From an uncultured Actinomycetota bacterium (GTDB lineage: Bacteria; Actinomycetota; Actinomycetes; Propionibacteriales; Nocardioidaceae): a stretch of DNA of 64,000 bases. The DNA lies in NCBI GenBank assembly GCA_963800225.1, contig CAWDAF010000007.1, positions 27,256 through 91,255 of the forward strand, given 5' to 3'. Below the pieces are notes generated by a model. That model did not search any database and was not told the DNA's origin. It saw only the letters and a program-made list of their open reading frames with translations. The position numbers were made by a program, and so were the translations under genes. Positions 26,358 through 33,485 of this stretch are shown piece by piece; positions within the stretch are counted from its first letter, which is position 1; every line of letters starts with the position of its first letter.

Positions 26358-27557
26358 TCAGCGCAGCTTGTAGTCCTCGAGCAGCCGGCGGCCGATGATC
26401 ATCCGCTGGATGTCGGCCGTGCCCTCGCCGATCAGCAGCATCGGCGCCTCGCGGTAGAGCCGCTCGATCTCGTACTCCTTGGAGAAGCCGTAGCCGCCGT
26501 GGATCCGGAAGGAGTCCTCGACGACCTGCGAGCAGTACTCGCTGGCGAGGTACTTCGCCATGCCGGCCTCGAGGTCGTTGCGCTCACCGGCGTCCTTCTT
26601 GCGGGCGGCCCTGACCATCATCTGGTGAGCGGCCTCGACCTTGGTGGCCATCTCCGCCAGCCGGAACAGCACCGCCTGGTGCTCGGCGATCTTCTTGCCG
26701 AAGGTCTCCCGCTGCTGGGCGTAGGAGACGCCCAGCTCGAAGGCCCGGTTGGCGACCCCGCAGCCGCGGGCCGCCACGTTGACCCGGCCGACCTCGACGC
26801 CGTCCATCATCTGGTAGAAGCCCTTGCCGGGTGCGCCGCCGAGGACCTGGTCGGCACCGACCTCGAGGTTCTCCATGATCAGCTCGGTGGTGTCGACGCC
26901 CTTGTAGCCCATCTTCTCGATCTTGCCGGGGATGGTCAGGCCGTCCTTGACCTGCCCGAAGCCGGCGGGCTTCTCCACCAGGAAGGTGGTCATGTTCTTG
27001 TAGACGCTGCTCGCGCCCAGGTCGGTCTTGACCAGCACCGCCACCAGCGTGCTGGAGCCGCCGTTGGTCAGCCACATCTTCTGACCGTTGAGGGTCCAGG
27101 TCTTCTCGTCCTCCGCGAGCACCGCCTTGCTCTTGATCGCCGAGACGTCGGAGCCGCAGCCGGGCTCGGACATCGAGAAGGCGCCGCGGATCTCGCCGGC
27201 GGCCATCTTCGGCAGGTAGCGCTGCTTCTGCTCCTCGGTGCCGTGCTGCATCAGCATGTAGGCGACGATGAAGTGCGTGTTGACGATGCCCGACACGCTC
27301 ATCCAACCGCGGGCGATCTCCTCCACGACGAGCGCGTAGGTCAGCAGGGACTCGCCCAGGCCGCCGTACTCCTCGGGGATGGTCAGCCCGAAGAGGCCGA
27401 GCTCCTTCATCCCCTCGACGATGTCGGTGGGGTACTCGTCACGGTGCTCGAGCTCGGTGGCGACGGGGAGGATCTTCTCGTCCACGAACGTGCGGACGGT
27501 CTTGAGGATCTCGACCTGGATGTCGGTGAGGTCCTCGGTCTCGCAGAGGCGGCCCAT
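26358..27557 (-). CDS. Acyl-CoA dehydrogenase (FadE19-like)
   Basis: Track ORF of 399 aa with full ACAD architecture: GAFSMSEPGCGSD, WLTNGG, YREAPMLLIGEGTADIQR. Confidence 0.9.
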   Translation of the reverse strand: MGRLCETEDLTDIQVEILKTVRTFVDEKILPVATELEHRDEYPTDIVEGMKELGLFGLTIPEEYGGLGESLLTYALVVEEIARGWMSVSGIVNTHFIVAYMLMQHGTEEQKQRYLPKMAAGEIRGAFSMSEPGCGSDVSAIKSKAVLAEDEKTWTLNGQKMWLTNGGSSTLVAVLVKTDLGASSVYKNMTTFLVEKPAGFGQVKDGLTIPGKIEKMGYKGVDTTELIMENLEVGADQVLGGAPGKGFYQMMDGVEVGRVNVAARGCGVANRAFELGVSYAQQRETFGKKIAEHQAVLFRLAEMATKVEAAHQMMVRAARKKDAGERNDLEAGMAKYLASEYCSQVVEDSFRIHGGYGFSKEYEIERLYREAPMLLIGEGTADIQRMIIGRRLLEDYKLR

Positions 27558-27640
27558 GCGGGATGTCCTTCCCAGTCAGGTGAGTGCGGCACGCACGAAG
27601 GTGCGGCTCGCCTGAGTATCACCGATCGGGGCGGTGGCCG

Positions 27641-28762
27641 CTATGAACGAGACCACACTCCGCGCACCCGCTTCAGCGAGGACCTGACCGGCTCCGGCAG
27701 CCGCGACCGCCAGCCGGCGGTCCGCGGCGCGGACAGCGCGTTGTTCTGCCGGGTCAGCCGGCGGACGTCGGTCATCATCGCGGCGATCACGCCGGTGGCG
27801 GCCTCGAGCAGCTCGGCCTCGGTGACGCTGTCGGGGTGCCGGCGCCGGGGTACGTCGACCGGCGGCCGGAGGTCCGCGACGTCACCGATCACGTCGTACC
27901 CGGCTTCCGCGACCTCCTCGGCGATCCGGGTGCCGCGCGCGCACAGCTCGGCGACCCGCTCGTCGGAGGGCCAGAACTTCTCGCCGCCGCGGGGCACGAG
28001 CTTGCCCTGCGCGAGGTAGCCACGGATCCAGTTGCCCCGGTCCTGCGCCGAGCCGAAGCCCTCCAGGTCGGCGTTCACCCGGCGCAGCAGCTCGACCTCG
28101 ACGACGCCGAGGGACTCGTTCTGGCCGCCGCCCGAGGCCGCCACCGAGGCCGGGTCGACGCCGAGCAGGGTCGCGAAGCGCAGCCACAGCGTCTCGCGGG
28201 GCTCGTCCGGCCTGGGCAGCGTCAGCACGTGCACGCGCTCGCGGGGGGCGGCCGATCCCCACCGCCGCAGCACGTCGGCCAGGTCGAGGGTGCCCCAGTC
28301 CCACTCGTCGTGCGGGCGGGCCTCCTCGCGCGTCGGGTAGCCGTCGATCGGCACCGTGGAGCCGTTCTTGACGAACTCCTGCCAGCGGGCCGTGACCAGC
28401 GAGAGGGTGTCCCGGGCGGTCACCACGACATGCACCTCGGCACCCCGCAGGGCGGCCCCGGCCCGGGCCGCCTGCTCGGCGCTGGCAGCGGCGAAGAACT
28501 CGTGGCTGACCACGGCGGTGCCGGGCCAGGCGTTGATCTCGGCCACCAGGGCGTCCCAGGCGAGCGCGGCCTCGGGGCCCCGACGGTCGAGGTGCGGGTC
28601 CTCGGTGACCACGCCGCTGGCCCACAGGTGCTGGCGCACCGAGTGCCCGGGCAGCAACACCCCCTGGCGCGCGAGCTCCTCGCGGTTGTCCCACATGAGC
28701 GTCTGCAGGTACGTCGTACCGGTCTTGGGCAGACCGACGTGGAAGAAGACCGTGCGTGCCAC
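27641..28762 (-). CDS. Sulfotransferase-family protein (P-loop PAPS-binding type)
   Basis: Track ORF of 373 aa. N-terminal VFFHVGLPKTGTTYLQ (5'-PSB-like loop) and VVVTARD (3'-PB-like strand). GTG 28762 lies 8 nt after the coiled-coil ORF stop. Confidence 0.65.
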   Translation of the reverse strand: MARTVFFHVGLPKTGTTYLQTLMWDNREELARQGVLLPGHSVRQHLWASGVVTEDPHLDRRGPEAALAWDALVAEINAWPGTAVVSHEFFAAASAEQAARAGAALRGAEVHVVVTARDTLSLVTARWQEFVKNGSTVPIDGYPTREEARPHDEWDWGTLDLADVLRRWGSAAPRERVHVLTLPRPDEPRETLWLRFATLLGVDPASVAASGGGQNESLGVVEVELLRRVNADLEGFGSAQDRGNWIRGYLAQGKLVPRGGEKFWPSDERVAELCARGTRIAEEVAEAGYDVIGDVADLRPPVDVPRRRHPDSVTEAELLEAATGVIAAMMTDVRRLTRQNNALSAPRTAGWRSRLPEPVRSSLKRVRGVWSRS

Positions 28763-28770
28763 CTAGCGGC

Positions 28771-29037
28771 TCACAGGCCCTGGGAGTACTTCTCGAGCAC
28801 CGCCGCGACCCGCTGCTCGTCGCGCTGAGCGACCGGGAGCAGCAGCTCCTGCACCACGTCGGTCAGCTCGGCGAGCCGCAGGTTGAGCTGGCGGCACTCC
28901 TGGACCTCGTCCTCGAGCGAGCTGACCCGCTGCTGCAACGCCTCGACGGCGTCTGCCTGGAGCCCCGCGCGGACCATCCCGAGGGTGCGCGCGGCCTGCT
29001 TGCCGCGGCTGCGGAACCTGGACCTCACCGTTGCCAT
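28771..29037 (-). CDS. Small coiled-coil protein coupled to LicD-MT copy 2
   Basis: Track ORF 28771..29298 was trimmed to ATG 29037, which overlaps the LicD-MT2 3' end by 13 nt. VEALQQRVSSLEDEVQECRQLNLRLAELTDVVQELLLPVAQRDEQRVAAVLEKY. Paralogous to 26048..26305. Confidence 0.6.
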   Translation of the reverse strand: MATVRSRFRSRGKQAARTLGMVRAGLQADAVEALQQRVSSLEDEVQECRQLNLRLAELTDVVQELLLPVAQRDEQRVAAVLEKYSQGL

Positions 29038-30626
29038 TCGACCACCAACCGTCCGATCCGGTGCCCCGGCGAAGCGTCGGGGCTCTCTTGCTTGGGCTTC
29101 TGCAGGTGCCGGCGCGGGCGCAGGCGGTGCCGGTGCACCACGACCGCTCCCCGCGCCTCCAGCTCGTCCACGACGCGTCCCATCGCCAGGACGTGCAGGT
29201 GCTCGTCGCGGGCGAACGGGTCGTCCGCGCCCCGGCCGAGCAGGATCTCGAGGTAGAGCCGGCCACCGCCGCGCAGCATCATCTCGCAGGCCCGCCACAG
29301 GTAGCCGCGGCCGACCTTGTCGGTGGCGTCCGCGACGTGCCGGGCGGTGACCACGGTGCGGCCCGGCAGCTGCGCGATCCGCGCGCTCTCGGTCAGCACC
29401 GAGCGCAGCTCGCAGAGGTTCATCGACCGGAAGTCCAGGTCGACCTCCTCATCGGCGGCCAGGCCGGCGATCGCGGCACTGCCACGCAGCGCGTAGTCCA
29501 GGCCGATCACCGAGGCGCCCTGACGGGCCAGCCAGAGGTCGTCGACGCCCCTGCCGCAGCCGATGTCCACGACCCGCGAGGGCACGCCGCCCTCCTGGTC
29601 GCGCACCCACAGGGCGAAGTCGGACGGCTCCACCACCGGTGGCGTCGAGGGCAGCCGGGAGTAGGTGCGGTCCCAGTTCTCCCGCTTCACCCGGGTCCCC
29701 CGGAACCAGCCGTTGAGGCGCCGGTGCGTGGAGGCCGGCGTCTCGAACTTGTACGCCGGGTCGGGCACCCGCCACTGCGGGCCGTAGGTCGCGGTGAGGA
29801 ACTCGTCGGTGTTCGCGGGCGCGGGCAGCTCGCGTCCCTCGAGCGTGGTGGTGCCCAGCGGGAAGATCCACTCGTGCCGGAACGGGGTGCGGATCTCGCC
29901 CATCAGGTGCAGGTACCCGTCGGCGAGGAAGCCGCCGAACACGTCGAGGCCGCGGACCGACCCGTCCGCCTCGAGCACGTCGACCTTGAACGCGGCGCCG
30001 CTGTAGCGGGAGATCTGGTAGCCCATGTCGGCCAGCGCGCGCTGCAGCCGGAACGACTCGCGCACCACGTCGACCGGGTGGGTGTGCTCGCTGACGTAGC
30101 CGAGGTCGGCGTCGCTGTCGTGGCCGATCAGCCGACCCTCACGCACCGCGCCGAGCAGCGTGCCGTAGGCCGGGAAGGCGTCGATGCCGGCCTTCCTCAG
30201 GGCGGCGAGCACCTCCTCGATCGAGTCCAGGAGCGGCGCGACGTGCTCGGCGCTGCGGGTGTCGAAGGTCTGGGCGAGCCGCAGCGACTTGTCGATCCCC
30301 AGCGGCAGCCCGCGTTCGTTGACCACGGCGATCCGGCCGTCCCCGACGCCGAGGCGGACCTCCTCGTCGTACGCGACCGCGCCGGAGACGTGCTCGACGA
30401 GCTGGAGCCGCGTGGTGCCGTGCAGGAACCGCCGCAGCGCGGACGGCCAGGTCACGACGTACGACGACCCGGACGGGCGGCCGTCACGCTGCAGCCAGAA
30501 CGACCAGATCCGGCGGCCGTCGAAGACCACGTCGAGAACGACCTCGTCGACGCTACGGGCGGTGATCCCGTCGTCGTCGACCCGCACCCCGGAGACGTCG
30601 GTGGTCGGGTCGTCGGGGGTCAGCAC
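29025..30626 (-). CDS. LicD-family transferase fused to a class I SAM-dependent methyltransferase, copy 2
   Basis: Track ORF of 533 aa. FPAYGTLLGAVREGRLIGHDSDADLGY (LicD motif) and SRVVDIGCGRGVDDLWLARQGASVIGLDY (SAM motif I). Collinear similarity to copy 1 along the whole length. It starts 19 nt after the citE-like stop. Confidence 0.75.
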   Translation of the reverse strand: MLTPDDPTTDVSGVRVDDDGITARSVDEVVLDVVFDGRRIWSFWLQRDGRPSGSSYVVTWPSALRRFLHGTTRLQLVEHVSGAVAYDEEVRLGVGDGRIAVVNERGLPLGIDKSLRLAQTFDTRSAEHVAPLLDSIEEVLAALRKAGIDAFPAYGTLLGAVREGRLIGHDSDADLGYVSEHTHPVDVVRESFRLQRALADMGYQISRYSGAAFKVDVLEADGSVRGLDVFGGFLADGYLHLMGEIRTPFRHEWIFPLGTTTLEGRELPAPANTDEFLTATYGPQWRVPDPAYKFETPASTHRRLNGWFRGTRVKRENWDRTYSRLPSTPPVVEPSDFALWVRDQEGGVPSRVVDIGCGRGVDDLWLARQGASVIGLDYALRGSAAIAGLAADEEVDLDFRSMNLCELRSVLTESARIAQLPGRTVVTARHVADATDKVGRGYLWRACEMMLRGGGRLYLEILLGRGADDPFARDEHLHVLAMGRVVDELEARGAVVVHRHRLRPRRHLQKPKQESPDASPGHRIGRLVVEWQR

Positions 30627-30645
30627 GTGAGGATCGTACGGGAGG

Positions 30646-31626
30646 TCACGCCTGCGGCGGCGACCACACGTCGCCGCGCTTCATCCCGGCTGCCCGGCCC
30701 TTGCCCGAGATCACCAGCGCCATCTTGCGGGAGGCCTCGTCGATCATCTCGTCGCCGAGCATCACCGCGCCGGTGGCACCGCCCTTCTCCGAGGTGAAGT
30801 ACTCATAGGCGTCCAGGATGTTCTCGCTGTGGTCGTAGTCCTCCTGGAGCGGGGAGAAGACCTCGTTGGCGACGTCGATCTGGCTCGGGTGCAGGGTCCA
30901 CTTGCCGTCGAAGCCCAGAGCGGCGGAGCGTCCGGCGACCCGCCTGAAGCCCTCGAGGTCCTTGATCTGCAGGTACGGCCCGTCGATCACCTGGAGGTCG
31001 TGGGCGCGGGCCGCCATCAGTAGCCGCATCAGGATGTAGTGGTAGGCGTCCCCGACGTCGTACCCGGGCGGCTGCTCGCCGACCACGAGGGACTTCATGT
31101 TGATCGAGGCCATGAAGTCGGCGGGCCCGAAGATGATCGTCTCGATCCGCGGCGACGCCGTGGCGATGTCGTCGACGTTGATCAGGCCGAGCGCGTTCTC
31201 GATCTGCGCCTCGATGCCGATCCGGCCGACCTCGTAGCCCATCGTGGTCTCGATCTGGGTGAGCAGGGTGTCGAGCGCCTTGACCTGGTCGGCGGTCTGC
31301 ACCTTCGGCAGCATGATGCAGTCGAGGTTGGCGCCGGCGCCCTCGACGACCTCGATGACGTCCTTGTAGGTCCACTGGGTCGTCCAGTCGTTGACCCGCA
31401 CGGTGCGGACCCGGTTGCCCCAGTCGCCGGTGTTCAGCACCTCGACGATGTTCTTGCGGGCGTCCGGCTTCGCGATCGGCGCCACGGAGTCCTCGATGTC
31501 GAGGAACACCTGGTCGGAGTCGAGGCCCTGCGCCTTCTCCAGGAAGCGCGGGTTGGAGCCGGGGACGGCGTGGCAGGAACGGCGGGCGCGCAGCTCGCGA
31601 GCGGCCGGGACGGACTGAGCGGACAC
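30646..31626 (-). CDS. citE: CitE/HpcH-family acyl-CoA lyase (citramalyl-/malyl-CoA lyase-like)
   Basis: Track ORF of 326 aa. GTG 31626 has a GAGGTG RBS. RSCHAVPGSNPRFLEKA...VFLDIEDSVAP...DGKWTLHPSQI. Rv2498c-like. Confidence 0.85.
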   Translation of the reverse strand: MSAQSVPAARELRARRSCHAVPGSNPRFLEKAQGLDSDQVFLDIEDSVAPIAKPDARKNIVEVLNTGDWGNRVRTVRVNDWTTQWTYKDVIEVVEGAGANLDCIMLPKVQTADQVKALDTLLTQIETTMGYEVGRIGIEAQIENALGLINVDDIATASPRIETIIFGPADFMASINMKSLVVGEQPPGYDVGDAYHYILMRLLMAARAHDLQVIDGPYLQIKDLEGFRRVAGRSAALGFDGKWTLHPSQIDVANEVFSPLQEDYDHSENILDAYEYFTSEKGGATGAVMLGDEMIDEASRKMALVISGKGRAAGMKRGDVWSPPQA

Positions 31627-31750
31627 GGGGACACCTCGTCTGGACGATCGTGATGGGGGCTTCGAAGTCCTCGGGAGCGTAGCGCCGCGGGTGCCGCACC
31701 GGCAGCCCCGCCGTCCGTGGCATTTGTCTCAGGCCCGGTGGCACCCCCGC

Positions 31751-31899
31751 CGAGTCGGCGCGAACGCACGCGTGGAGGTGGTCGAGTCGGCGCGAACGCA
31801 CGCTCGGAGGTGGTCGAGTCGGCGCGAACGCACGCGTGGAGGTGGTCGAGTCGGCGCGAACGCACGCTCGGAGGTGGTCGAGTCGGCGCGAACGCACGC
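31751..31899. repeat. Tandem array (4.7 copies, 32-bp register) of the CGAGTCGGCGCGAACGCAC repeat family, locus 1
   Basis: Copies start at 31751, 31783, 31815, 31847 and 31879. Each unit is cgagtcggcgcgaacgcacgc plus an alternating tail, gtggaggtggt or tcggaggtggt. The array is intergenic, between the DMT transporter stop and the citE start. Confidence 0.9.
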
Positions 31900-31919
31900 T
31901 TCGATGCGCCGGGCACTGC

Positions 31920-32798
31920 TCAGTCGACGGCGGCCGGCTCGATACCGGGCGCCCGGTTGTTCACGATCACCAGCGCCATACCGGCCAGGATCACCACCAG
32001 GCCGACCACCGCCCCGAACGGCGGCACCTGGCCCAGCAGGCCCGCGGCCAACAGCGAGGCGCCGGGCACCTCGAGCAGCAGAGCCAGTGAGACGAACACC
32101 GGCGAGGTGGTGGCCAGCAGGTGGTTGAACACCGAGTGCCCCATCAGCTGCGCGGTCGCGGTGACCAGCAGCAGCAGCCCCCACTGCGACGGCGCATACC
32201 CCCAGAGCGCCTGTCCCGAGACCACGCACGCCGCCACCAGCACGGCGGCACAGGTGCCGTAGCAGACGAACGTGTACGTCGTCGTGGACAGCGCCTGGCG
32301 GGCCCGCGAGCCGATGATCATGTACGCCGCGGCGGCGGCCCCACCCACGAGCGCGAGCAGGTCACCGACCAGCGCCCGGGCCGAGAGGGTCAGGTCGACC
32401 CCGGAGACCACCAGCACCCCCGCGAAGGCCAGCACCAGCCCGGTCAGCACCCCGGTGTTGAACCGCTCGCCGCGCAGCAGCTGCCAGGCGACCACCCACG
32501 CGATCTGGAGGCAGACGATCGCCGTCGCGGACGCCACCGACGTCAGCGTCAGCGAGGTCACCCAGGTCCCGAAGTGCAGCGCGAGCATCACCCCGGACAG
32601 CGCTACCAGCCCCAGCGGCCGGCCTCGCAGACCGGCGAGCTCGTCACGGCGGCGGTGCACCCCCGGGGTCAGCGCCATGGTCGCGAAACCGTTGCGCCAG
32701 AAGGCGATCGCCAGCGGCGGCACCACCATCGCCGCCATCAGCGGGCCGGAGAGCGAGACGGCCAGGACGCCGACGGCCATCAGGAGCAGGGTGCGCAC
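31920..32798 (-). CDS. DMT-superfamily (EamA-like) transporter
   Basis: Track ORF of 292 aa with about 10 hydrophobic helices in two EamA-like halves. Confidence 0.85.
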   Translation of the reverse strand: MRTLLLMAVGVLAVSLSGPLMAAMVVPPLAIAFWRNGFATMALTPGVHRRRDELAGLRGRPLGLVALSGVMLALHFGTWVTSLTLTSVASATAIVCLQIAWVVAWQLLRGERFNTGVLTGLVLAFAGVLVVSGVDLTLSARALVGDLLALVGGAAAAAYMIIGSRARQALSTTTYTFVCYGTCAAVLVAACVVSGQALWGYAPSQWGLLLLVTATAQLMGHSVFNHLLATTSPVFVSLALLLEVPGASLLAAGLLGQVPPFGAVVGLVVILAGMALVIVNNRAPGIEPAAVD

Positions 32799-32830
32799 CG
32801 GGCCATTGTGGGCCTGAGGCGGCTGCCCGC

Positions 32831-33235
32831 GTGTGGCAGGCTCGGCGCGTGACCTCCCCCGACGCGACAGACGCCCTCGTGGCCGAGCTCGCCCGCCGCA
32901 CAGGTGTGTGCTGGGTGCGCTACGCCGGGCACACCCAGCCGGTGTGGCACGTGTGGTCCGACGACGCGCTCTGCGTGGTCTCAGGTGGCTCCGAGCAGCC
33001 GTTCCCCGACGTCCCGGACGGCGACCGGGTCGAGGTCGTGATGCGCAGCAAGGACACCGGCGGCCGGCTGCTGACGTGGACCGGTCGGGCGGACGTCGTA
33101 CACCCGCGGGACGAGGGGTGGGCGGCGACCACGGCCGCGCTCGTCGCGGGACGGCTGAACGTCCCCGACCTGGCCACCGCCGCCGACGGCTGGGTCGCGA
33201 CCAGCACGGTCCGCCGGATCACCCCGCTCCCCTGA
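32831..33235 (+). CDS. Hypothetical protein
   Basis: Track ORF of 134 aa with very high GC3. GTG 32849 is an alternative start. No motif I can name. Confidence 0.5.
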   Translation: MWQARRVTSPDATDALVAELARRTGVCWVRYAGHTQPVWHVWSDDALCVVSGGSEQPFPDVPDGDRVEVVMRSKDTGGRLLTWTGRADVVHPRDEGWAATTAALVAGRLNVPDLATAADGWVATSTVRRITPLP

Positions 33236-33248
33236 ACCGCCACCCTGC

Positions 33249-33458
33249 CGAGTCGGCGCGAATGCCGGCTTCACCCCCGTCGAGTCGGCGCGAATGCCGG
33301 CTTCACCCCCGTCGAGTCGGCGCGAACGCACTGTTGAGATCTGCGTTCGCGCCGACTCGGCGGCCGGATAACGTGCGTTCGCGCCGGCTCGGCGGCCGGA
33401 TAACGTGCGTTCGCGCCGGCTCGGCGGCCGGATAACGTGCGTTCGCGCCGACTCGGCG
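33249..33458. repeat. Head-to-head array of the same repeat family, locus 2 (3 forward and 4 inverted copies, 32-bp register)
   Basis: Forward cores start at 33249, 33281 and 33313. The first two are the variant cgagtcggcgcgaatgccgg. Inverted cores (tgcgttcgcgccgRctcgg) start at 33342, 33374, 33406 and 33438. The array lies between convergent genes. Confidence 0.9.
33314..33358. terminator. Perfect 17-bp hairpin formed by the central forward/inverted repeat pair
   Basis: gagtcggcgcgaacgca (33314-33330), loop ctgttgagatc, tgcgttcgcgccgactc (33342-33358). It lies between the stops at 33235 (+) and 33486 (-). Confidence 0.55.
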
Positions 33459-33485
33459 AAAGGGGGGGCGCCGGGGGGGAGGGGG

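Noticed and set aside
31751-33458. The regularly spaced repeat arrays as a possible CRISPR array
   Set aside because: The period is only 32 bp: a core of about 20 bp plus a tail of about 12 bp. The tails are themselves repeated rather than unique. Copies occur in both orientations within one array. No cas genes or leader are present.
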